Notes under the pieces: model-generated
Told to the model about the DNA's origin: nothing
Seen by the model: only the letters and a program-made list of their open reading frames with translations
Database searches by the model: none
Translations under genes and position numbers: made by a program
Part shown: one piece after another, positions 56,795 through 64,000 of the stretch
How positions within the stretch are numbered: the stretch's first letter is position 1
Layout: each line of letters starts with the position of its first letter
Assembly: GCA_037142435.1 (NCBI GenBank)
Contig: JBAXAO010000002.1
Location: 730 to 64,729 of the forward strand
Direction: 5' to 3'
DNA length: 64,000 bases
Source: Actinomycetes bacterium
GTDB lineage: Bacteria > Actinomycetota > Actinomycetes > Nanopelagicales > Nanopelagicaceae

Positions 56795-57735
56795 CGCGTG
56801 CACTTTCCAAACACGATCCAGCTAAAAAGTGGAGCGGTCCTACTCGTCCTTACGACCTCATTAAAGAATTTGTTATCGCACTTGTTGTGGTGGCAATTCT
56901 TGCTGGTGGTTTAGCTGCGGTCTTTAGTTCCCCTGATGAACCAGCACTGACTTTGAAATCTTGGTCCACGACAGATCCTGCTGACTTTGTTCAGACTTCT
57001 GTCGGCGAACTCGCCGGCACAACTACCAGCGCAGGTTACGGCGCCCCATACAACACCGCCGCAGAGGGACAGGTCCTCGGACCGCTCAAGCTGCAAAAGT
57101 GGGCTGGAGTCCGTATCCCTATTAATCCTGCAAAGGATTTCGTGATTTCACCGCTATTGATCCTGCCCGATGCTGCGGTCAAGCAAGCAGTAAACGAATG
57201 GAACGTGGCCACCTCGGATGCACAAACCAAGTGGGCAACTGCTTATGCAGATGCTTTGGCAAAGTCACCAAAGTCAACATCTCTTGAAGATGCAGCGGGT
57301 AACTATGGACCAGTTCCAACAATCACTACTGCATTGTTGAACATGGCTCAAACTGGGGCGCTAGATGGTGCGTTAACGACAAGTGACACACCACTTCCAA
57401 CCAACTTCACCAAGCCAATGCTCTTTATTGCCGACAGCGGTACTTACTTCCCAGATCTCGCTTCAGCACAGCATCTCAGCGGCGATCAATGGGGCGTTAT
57501 GAATGAGACGGGATCTTGGCCAGGACAATCTTGGCTTTGGCTCTTCTCTTTCTTCTATCAAGTCGAACCATTCAAGTCATCGGAAAATGCGGATACTCAA
57601 GTAATGAGCCTCTTAGGACTTTTGACACTCCTCTTGATGTTCCTTCCTCTGATTCCGTTGCTGCGTCGGATTCCTTACCGAATTCCGATTCATCGTCTGA
57701 TCTGGCGCGATTGGTATCGACGCAAGAAAGCATAA
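56791..57735 (+). CDS. hypothetical membrane protein, possible divergent subunit-IV/cytochrome b C-terminal analogue with large external domain
   Basis: An N-terminal TM, then a hydrophilic domain of about 220 aa, then QSWLWLFSFFYQVEP...LLGLLTLLLMFLPLIPLL resembling PEWYFF...LLGVLLM of subunit IV. The tail is basic. ATGA overlap with cytochrome b. Confidence 0.45.
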   Translation: MTRALSKHDPAKKWSGPTRPYDLIKEFVIALVVVAILAGGLAAVFSSPDEPALTLKSWSTTDPADFVQTSVGELAGTTTSAGYGAPYNTAAEGQVLGPLKLQKWAGVRIPINPAKDFVISPLLILPDAAVKQAVNEWNVATSDAQTKWATAYADALAKSPKSTSLEDAAGNYGPVPTITTALLNMAQTGALDGALTTSDTPLPTNFTKPMLFIADSGTYFPDLASAQHLSGDQWGVMNETGSWPGQSWLWLFSFFYQVEPFKSSENADTQVMSLLGLLTLLLMFLPLIPLLRRIPYRIPIHRLIWRDWYRRKKA

Positions 57736-57757
57736 ATAGACTGCTGCAAGCATTCTC

Positions 57758-57804
57758 AAAGCGACCTTTCCTACCTAGAATTCCTCGGTATGAAAGGTCG
57801 CTTT
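57758..57804 (+). promoter_or_regulatory. strong stem-loop (13 bp + 4 bp) overlapping the next start codon; terminator/attenuator-like
   Basis: AAAGCGACCTTTC (57758-70) pairs perfectly with GAAAGGTCGCTTT (57792-804). Inner TACC/GGTA extends the stem. It is followed by CTTAATT. ATG 57790-92 lies inside the structure. Confidence 0.55.
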
Positions 57805-58686
57805 CTTAATTCAGTCATCGGCTCACTTCTCTATATATCCCTGCTGATTGCCTCGGTGGCAACCGGTGCTCACTTTGTCCTCGGCCACGTCACGGATTTG
57901 GGAGCCTCATCTTCGGCATTAGTAAAAGATTTCGGTGCCAAGAAGAGCACCATCGTTCCGATGTTGATCGATCAAGTTGTAAAGAACGCCGATGCCAAAG
58001 AGGCGAAGACGATCAATCAAAATCGCGCACAGATCACCAAGGCGCTTAATGATTTGCTCGACAATCCCAAGTTTTCCGATGCACTCTCAAAGACATTAGA
58101 GCCAGTCGGGGCAGCCCTGGCCGCCGGCCAGGAATCAGTTCAATTAGATACCACCGTATTGGTGAAAACAATCTCTGATGAAGTAAACAAAGTCGCCGGA
58201 AAGACCGTCATCTCGCCAAAGGATTTAAAGAGTATTTCTAAACCGCAACCGCTTGATCTCAAGCAACCTGCCAAGATATTCAAGACCGTGAAAAACATCA
58301 TTGATTTGCTGATGCTCTTTTGGATTTTGGCGTTGTTGCTTTTGATCATTCTCTTCATTCGTAAGCGCGAAGCGGCCTTCAAGCTCCTTGGTAAATTTTT
58401 CTTGGCTCTGGGCGTACCAGTCCTGGTCATTTGGTTTGTTATCCCGACGATTTTGGTTCACTTTGCCAATTCCAACGTTGACTCTAATCTCCCCGGGACG
58501 TTATTGCCCATTGCCTTTAAAGAAGTAACTGGTTTCACAGAGATCATGGGAATTGGTTTTACCGCATTAGGCGTTATATTCCTTGTTGCGGCCAAAATGA
58601 CCGCGAAAAAGAGCCGTGGTTCAAATGTCCATGGTCCACTACTGAAGGCGGAATCAAATGTCGAAGGTGATCTCCGGTCTAGCTGA
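57790..58686 (+). CDS. hypothetical membrane protein (N-terminal TM, Lys-rich external domain, about 4 C-terminal TM)
   Basis: Hydropathy was read from the translation. I do not recognise a family. Confidence 0.5.
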   Translation: MKGRFLNSVIGSLLYISLLIASVATGAHFVLGHVTDLGASSSALVKDFGAKKSTIVPMLIDQVVKNADAKEAKTINQNRAQITKALNDLLDNPKFSDALSKTLEPVGAALAAGQESVQLDTTVLVKTISDEVNKVAGKTVISPKDLKSISKPQPLDLKQPAKIFKTVKNIIDLLMLFWILALLLLIILFIRKREAAFKLLGKFFLALGVPVLVIWFVIPTILVHFANSNVDSNLPGTLLPIAFKEVTGFTEIMGIGFTALGVIFLVAAKMTAKKSRGSNVHGPLLKAESNVEGDLRSS

Positions 58687-59884
58687 AGGCTGGTGGATGT
58701 TCTTTGACACCTTTTGGGCGTTGATTTTCGGCTTTATCTTGTCTGGCGCAGTTCAGGCCTTCGTCTCTAAATCACAGATGCAATCTGCTTTGGGAGATCG
58801 CAAGCCTAAGACCGTCGCTAAGGCTTCATTCTTTGGCGCCGTAAGTTCTTCCTGTTCTTATGCCGCAAGTGCATTGGCCAAGAGCCTCTTTGCCAAGGGC
58901 GCTGATTTCACCGCTTCGATGATCTTCATGTTTGCCAGCACCAACCTTGTGATCGAACTCGGTTTGGTGTTATGGATTCTCATAGGTTGGCAATTTGCAG
59001 CCGCTGAATTTGTTGGTGGCACGGTCATGATTCTTCTGCTCTGGATTTTATTGCCTCGCCTTGTCCCAGAGAAAATGGTTATCGCCGGCAGATCGATGGT
59101 CGAAGTTCCCGATTCCATGGAGATGTCCTCGGGGGAAAGTATCGGCACCAAAATCAAAAGTCGTAAGGCCTGGTCAAATGCCGCGGGTTACACCATTGGC
59201 GATTTCACCATGTTGCGCGTTGAGCTCGTTGTTGGATTCATCGTCGCGGGGCTGGCCTCGACATTGGTATCCGTCTCCGTTTGGCGCAGCCTCTTCATTT
59301 CAGGCCATGGCTTTTTCTCTGAAATTGAAAATGCAATTATCGGGCCATTCTTGGCTTTCATTAGTTTTGTCTGCTCGGTTGGAAACGTTCCGTTGGCAGC
59401 GGCGCTCTGGAAAGGTGGCATCACTTTCGGTGGCGTAATTGCCTTTATCTTTGCCGACTTGATTGCATTTCCCTTAGTGATGATTTACCGAAAATATTAT
59501 GGAACGCGTTTGGCTATTCGTCTGACCCTTGTCTTCTGGTTGGTCATGGCTGTCAGCGGGCTGGTGACCGAAGAAATTTTCAAGGTTTTCTCTTTAATCC
59601 CTCATCGCCATTTGGATCTGATGGCTATGAAACACTTTGGCTGGAACTCCACGACCATTCTCAACTTCGTTGCTCTCTTTGCTGCGGGCATCATTTATTG
59701 GCTCTACAAGACCCAATCTGGCAATAGTGACGACAGCGAATACGCCAAAGATCTAGTTTGCGGAATGCAGGTTCGCAAGTCTGACGCACCTGCTGTGGCC
59801 GAACTCGATGGAGTTACTTATTACTTCTGCATGGTTGGCTGTAAAGAATCGTTATTGGCCACCCCAGAAAAGTACCTTAAATAG
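58658..59884 (+). CDS. predicted permease (DUF318/ArsP-like family) fused to C-terminal YHS/TRASH metal-binding domain
   Basis: Polytopic body with AVSSSCSYAA and FVCSVGNVPLAAALW segments. The C-terminus DLVCGMQVRK...GVTYYFCMVGCKESLLATPEKY matches the YHS pattern. Confidence 0.65.
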   Translation: MSKVISGLAEGWWMFFDTFWALIFGFILSGAVQAFVSKSQMQSALGDRKPKTVAKASFFGAVSSSCSYAASALAKSLFAKGADFTASMIFMFASTNLVIELGLVLWILIGWQFAAAEFVGGTVMILLLWILLPRLVPEKMVIAGRSMVEVPDSMEMSSGESIGTKIKSRKAWSNAAGYTIGDFTMLRVELVVGFIVAGLASTLVSVSVWRSLFISGHGFFSEIENAIIGPFLAFISFVCSVGNVPLAAALWKGGITFGGVIAFIFADLIAFPLVMIYRKYYGTRLAIRLTLVFWLVMAVSGLVTEEIFKVFSLIPHRHLDLMAMKHFGWNSTTILNFVALFAAGIIYWLYKTQSGNSDDSEYAKDLVCGMQVRKSDAPAVAELDGVTYYFCMVGCKESLLATPEKYLK

Positions 59885-59903
59885 CGGGTTTTAGAGCCGT
59901 TTC

Positions 59904-60404
59904 TTAAATCGCCCCAATATATTTCTTGTACCCAGCGATCCAGTTAACTGCGAATGCTTGTTGTGCGATTTTCAAAGTGATCTGGCCGCTGCAGATCAAC
60001 AAGTGCAATTTATTTTCTAGCTTATCCTTCATCGCCGCGCCTTGAGCGATGCGTCTGGGCTCCGGCCACAAATTCGCAACGCTGCGGGCGCTACCGCCGA
60101 TTTCCAGCGGGATTAAGTGATCTTCTTCGTAATTACGCATATCTAAATCGCCTTGGTAGTTATAGCCCGAATCAAGTTGGGTCCGCTTCAATTTATTGGT
60201 GTAACTAGCTGGCGGGCGAATTGTTTTTGTATAACCGACGACACAAATCGTGGAACCGATCGTTGCTTGGGTTACCGCAGGGTTGGTAGCTCCTGGAGTC
60301 AATGAGTGATTCGGAAGTGCTGGATTTTGAGCCGCCTGGCTAGTCGAGGGCAATGAAAAGATCAGCGCAATTGCCAGTGCTACTTCGTATCGGCTCGTTC
60401 GCAT
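59904..60404 (-). CDS. secreted His-Me finger (HNH-like) protein
   Basis: Signal peptide ending STSQA-AQ. Core YEEDHLIPLEIGGSARSVANLWPEP resembles the DHxxP...GG...N HNH motif. Confidence 0.55.
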   Translation of the reverse strand: MRTSRYEVALAIALIFSLPSTSQAAQNPALPNHSLTPGATNPAVTQATIGSTICVVGYTKTIRPPASYTNKLKRTQLDSGYNYQGDLDMRNYEEDHLIPLEIGGSARSVANLWPEPRRIAQGAAMKDKLENKLHLLICSGQITLKIAQQAFAVNWIAGYKKYIGAI

Positions 60405-60430
60405 CTGGAAATTCTCTCAAAACCCTTTGG

Positions 60431-61063
60431 TTAATTGCCAGGAGGACAACTGAATCCAAATTCGCTTTGAATTGCTGGTGGCACTATTCCGCATCCGACT
60501 GTGGCGGTGCCAAAGTCCACGATCTTCCATTTGCCGCTGACCAAATGCGCCCAGCCATATGCATTGTCAGTAACGGGCAAATAAGGGATCGAGGTGAAGA
60601 TCAACCAATGGGAATCGTGCTTGGAAGTTCTTAAGTGAACGACTGCTGCAAAGTAGGGATCATCCTTCTGTTGTGCACTACGAATATCGACAGCGATGGC
60701 GTCGGGGACGGGGTTGCCGCCGGAATAGTTATTGGTATCTAACGAATATTTGTCGGGGTACTGAGCCAAAATCGACCAAGGGATAACCACCCTCGAGAGT
60801 TCGCCGGACTTGGCACTTGGCCAGACCAACGTCCAGCCAGCTTCGGTTGCCAGCCCTTTCGGAAGTTGGATTTTTAGTTGTTGCGCAACCGAGGAGGGAT
60901 CCCAATTAATAAGCCCGGGATGGCGCGCGGTGAAATCGGTGATCAGAAGTTTGACGCCATCCACCAGTTTTGCTTCCTCGGGCCGGGCATTTCCAGCCGT
61001 AACTGAGCATCCGGTGAGAGTGAGCGCCACCAAGAGTGCGACGAGTGGGAAAGGTCGCTTCAT
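60431..61063 (-). CDS. lipoprotein, function unknown
   Basis: Lipobox LTLTGC after a basic/hydrophobic N-terminus (MKRPFPLVALLVALTLTGCS). Confidence 0.65.
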   Translation of the reverse strand: MKRPFPLVALLVALTLTGCSVTAGNARPEEAKLVDGVKLLITDFTARHPGLINWDPSSVAQQLKIQLPKGLATEAGWTLVWPSAKSGELSRVVIPWSILAQYPDKYSLDTNNYSGGNPVPDAIAVDIRSAQQKDDPYFAAVVHLRTSKHDSHWLIFTSIPYLPVTDNAYGWAHLVSGKWKIVDFGTATVGCGIVPPAIQSEFGFSCPPGN

Positions 61064-61157
61064 CTTTGAAGTCTAGTCAGCCTCGACTCTTGAAACCCAC
61101 ACCCTTTAAGAGGATTATCGACATCGATTCACTAGGGCAATGCGGATGGAGGCGGCA

Positions 61158-61583
61158 ATGAAGATAACTTCATTGATTTCTGGAAAGCGGGTTGAAACCA
61201 TTTCACCCAGCGCCAGTGTTCATGATTTGGTAAACGCTTTGAACACCCACCACGTTGGCGCATTAGTTGTTTCGGCCGATGGGAAGCGAATTGATGGCAT
61301 CGTCTCTGAACGCGATGTGGTTCGGGCAATGCCCGGCAAACTTGATCAACTCATCAATATGCATGTTCGAGATTTGATGACGGTCGAAGTCGCTACCTGT
61401 ACTTCTGAAAGTACGGTTGCCGAATTAATGCAGACGATGACCGAGATGCGCATTCGCCACATTCCGGTTGTTAATCAGAACAATCAGCTGATCTCTATCG
61501 TCTCTATCGGCGATGTGGTGAAAGCCCATATTTCAGAGCTGGACAACGAACGCCGAGCCTTACAGGATTACGTGACCAATTAA
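61158..61583 (+). CDS. CBS-pair domain protein
   Basis: Two CBS repeats (HHVGALVVS..., IRHIPVVNQNNQLISIVSIGDV). GGAGG lies 5 nt before ATG 61158. Confidence 0.8.
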   Translation: MKITSLISGKRVETISPSASVHDLVNALNTHHVGALVVSADGKRIDGIVSERDVVRAMPGKLDQLINMHVRDLMTVEVATCTSESTVAELMQTMTEMRIRHIPVVNQNNQLISIVSIGDVVKAHISELDNERRALQDYVTN

Positions 61584-61607
61584 ATTTCGCAGTAGCCTTA
61601 TCTCGAT

Positions 61608-63449
61608 ATGAGACGCGATATTCAGGCACTTCGTGGAATAGCAGTTCTGCTCGTCCTGCTCTATCACTTCAAATTAGGGCCATTTCAAGGTGGTTTTCTC
61701 GGAGTCGATATTTTCTTCGTTATCTCTGGATACGTCATCACCGAAAAGATTTCACAAGGCACCGGTCCCATTGGAGCCCAACTACACACTTTTTATTTGC
61801 GCCGTGCCCGACGCATCTTGCCGATGAGTTTGCTCACCTTAATCGTTACTTCAGTGGCCACTCGACTGTTCTTGCCACCTATTTCATATGGTCGCTTCTT
61901 CAAAGATGCTCTCGCCGGCTTTGGGTTAATCCCCAATATAAATTTTGCGCTACAACAGAACAACTATCTCAACCAAGCGCTAGATCCCTCACCGTTATTG
62001 CACTTTTGGTCCTTGGGCGTTGAAGAGCAGTTCTACTTCTTCTGGCCGTTGCTATTTCTCTTTATCTTCAAAGCTAGACGTCGGTGGATTCCAATCTTGC
62101 TTGGCGTGGCCACGATCTTTTCGATGTTCTACACACTTCACTATCCAATTCAATCTTTTTACCTGCCCACCAGCCGTGCCTGGGAATTCCTCATTGGTGC
62201 CGCCTTGGTGGGGGTCAAGCCAGTTAAAGCCACCATGGCCACACGCTGGCTGGTTGCCATTGCAGGTTGGTCCACCATGTTGGTTTCAGCGATCTTGATA
62301 TCTACAAGTTTCGCTACCCCTGGTTGGTCCACGATTATTCCGACGGTAGCCACCGGCGCAGTGATCTGGGCTGCCACCCCAATGAGTGAAAAATTGCTTC
62401 TGCCCAAGCTGGGCGACTATTCCTATTCGTTGTATCTGGTGCATTGGCCTTTGATCATCATCGTTCTGGCCAAGTATCCGCATGTCAGCGCCGGAGTCCG
62501 AGCCCTTTTGATGTTCGTTGCGATTGGGCTTTCGTTCTTGGTCACCAATTACTTCGAAAAGCCGATCCGTTTCAATCCCAGGTTTAAAGCACCGCTTTGG
62601 CAATGGGGAATAGCGATGTTGGCCGGGGCTGGCATCTCGACGTTAGTTCTGGGTACCGCCGCCAATGCATATTCGCATCAGGTCAAACCCATCACGATTT
62701 CTACGGCTTCACCAGCAATCTATAACGATGGTTGCCATCTACCGTTTTCGGAATCAATGCCCAAGCTGAACTGCATCTTCGGAGACTCAAAAAGTTCGAC
62801 CTCGGTCATTTTGGCCGGAGATTCCCATGCGGCGCAATGGTTCCCGGCCATGGCAAAGATAGCGGCCTCCAATCGTTGGAAGCTTTACTCGTTCACAAAA
62901 TCCAGTTGTCCGGCAACGCTTTTAGACATCAAACGCAATGGCGTGCTTGATAAGAACTGCCGCACGTGGGAATCCAATTTGGTCAGCGCCATCAACGCGA
63001 TCAAGCCCAAGTACTTGTTTGTCTCTAACTTCACCGAGTATCAATACGCCATCTCTGGTGGAACCGGAGATTACTCGCAGAAGTGGGGAGTCGGTTTCAC
63101 TAATTTCATGCAAGCACTTTCTACCTCAGGGACAAAGATCGTTCTCATTGGCGATACTCCAACGCCACCATCGGATTCAGTTGGTTGTTTATCCGGACAC
63201 TTCAAGAATTTGGCCGCTTGCGATTTTCCATTGAAGCACGCACCAGCAACCGGATTCACCAAGTCTTTAGTGAAAGACATTGGGGGAGTCTCTGTTGATC
63301 CCGCACCTTGGCTGTGTACCAAAGGAACGTGTAGCGCGGTCACCAACGGCTTTAATACCTATCGGGATGCAACGCATATTTCGCTAAATACGGCGCTCTT
63401 TGTTATTCCACAATTGCAGAACGCGCTAAAGAATTTGGGAATTAAGTAA
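61608..63449 (+). CDS. acyltransferase-3 family membrane O-acyltransferase with C-terminal SGNH domain (OafA/YrhL-like)
   Basis: N-terminal RRDIQALRGIAVLLVLLYH and about 10 TM helices. The C-terminal periplasmic domain has GDSHA (SGNH block I). Confidence 0.85.
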   Translation: MRRDIQALRGIAVLLVLLYHFKLGPFQGGFLGVDIFFVISGYVITEKISQGTGPIGAQLHTFYLRRARRILPMSLLTLIVTSVATRLFLPPISYGRFFKDALAGFGLIPNINFALQQNNYLNQALDPSPLLHFWSLGVEEQFYFFWPLLFLFIFKARRRWIPILLGVATIFSMFYTLHYPIQSFYLPTSRAWEFLIGAALVGVKPVKATMATRWLVAIAGWSTMLVSAILISTSFATPGWSTIIPTVATGAVIWAATPMSEKLLLPKLGDYSYSLYLVHWPLIIIVLAKYPHVSAGVRALLMFVAIGLSFLVTNYFEKPIRFNPRFKAPLWQWGIAMLAGAGISTLVLGTAANAYSHQVKPITISTASPAIYNDGCHLPFSESMPKLNCIFGDSKSSTSVILAGDSHAAQWFPAMAKIAASNRWKLYSFTKSSCPATLLDIKRNGVLDKNCRTWESNLVSAINAIKPKYLFVSNFTEYQYAISGGTGDYSQKWGVGFTNFMQALSTSGTKIVLIGDTPTPPSDSVGCLSGHFKNLAACDFPLKHAPATGFTKSLVKDIGGVSVDPAPWLCTKGTCSAVTNGFNTYRDATHISLNTALFVIPQLQNALKNLGIK

Positions 63450-63456
63450 GAAAGAA

Positions 63457-63491
63457 GTTCGAGCTGAAATTAATCGTTCGAGCTGAAATTA
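63457..63491. repeat. perfect 16-nt direct repeat with 19-nt period
   Basis: GTTCGAGCTGAAATTA occurs at 63457-72 and again at 63476-91, spanning the stop codon (63470-72) of the minus-strand TPR gene. Confidence 0.9.
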
Positions 63492-64000
63492 TTTGAAGAA
63501 TCTCCGAAAAGGATTTCAGCTTCAGCGCGCTGTGCTTCGGTGAAGGCAATCGGAGAGGCTGGGACCCCTGCATCGTGAAGTGCTTCGCGGTATGCGCTGA
63601 TGGCTTCAGGAAGGTAGTTGAGCAAAGCGTAGATATCGCCAAGTTCGCGCCAGGCCGATGCGTTCATCAATGATGGTTCCATGCCCGACAAGGATGAGCG
63701 AGCGGCTTCCAAATTCATGACAGATTCAGTGGTGCGACCGAGGCTGATCTGTGAACGAGCGACCAGCAAATAGGCATCGGCACGTTGAAGTCTTTCGCCA
63801 TCTTCACCCAAGCGAACCAATGAATTAGTGGCGGTTTCTAAGGCTTCTTCATAGCGACCCTCGAGCCATTCGACGCGTGCCATTTCAGTTTCCCACTTGG
63901 CTTTATCGAGTTCGGTGCCGGATTCGGAAAGCAATTCTTCAGAGCGAACAAGTTGTTCGCGAGCAGCTTCAACATTTGGGGGAGTCTGACGAGTAAAGAG
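63470..64000 (-). CDS. TPR-like helical repeat protein, N-terminus outside window
   Basis: Hand translation shows the frame stays open from 63934 to nt 64000 (...LFTRQTPPNVEAAREQLVRSEELL...). TPR-like A/Y/L periodicity is visible (AISAYREAL, ALETATNSL). Confidence 0.6.
   Translation of the reverse strand, partial: LFTRQTPPNVEAAREQLVRSEELLSESGTELDKAKWETEMARVEWLEGRYEEALETATNSLVRLGEDGERLQRADAYLLVARSQISLGRTTESVMNLEAARSSLSGMEPSLMNASAWRELGDIYALLNYLPEAISAYREALHDAGVPASPIAFTEAQRAEAEILFGDSSNNFSSND

Overview
This is a gene-dense (about 95% coding) actinobacterial chromosomal segment. By eye the GC content is moderate and the intergenic spacers are very short, with many ATGA/GTGA stop-start overlaps and convergent genes that share stop codons. 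That pattern fits a streamlined, possibly freshwater acI-like actinobacterium. All calls come from motifs read in the supplied translations and from recalled synteny with Mycobacterium tuberculosis; no searches were run. Recognisable core blocks are O-MT/htrA/tatB/mrp (Rv1220c-1232c-like), moeZ/TetR/DUF3107/ParA-like (Rv3206c-3213c-like), mshB...fdx/dapC (Rv1170-1178-like), manC-like/whiB2/pmm/ahcY/mtrAB/comF/secA (Rv3264c-3240c-like), and pdtaS/whiB1/tRNA-Arg/msrAB. The accessory-looking content is a 7-gene operon for a UDP-2,3-diacetamido-2,3-dideoxy-glucuronate-type sugar with an ABC (Wzm/Wzt) exporter, plus two odd secreted low-complexity proteins. I saw no CRISPR array, transposase, integrase or rRNA. 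The most interesting candidates are: (1) an orphan split cytochrome b6/subunit-IV-like module with a His-rich mini-protein, followed by a permease-YHS fusion (55.9-59.9 kb); (2) a soluble MgtE-type sensor translationally coupled to an NRAMP-fold permease whose metal site is not the transition-metal type (3.3-5.9 kb); (3) an orphan SAF plus degenerate CpaE-like pair packed against pdtaS; (4) dapC lying in frame directly behind the ferredoxin stop with no canonical start codon; (5) absence of lpqB after mtrAB.
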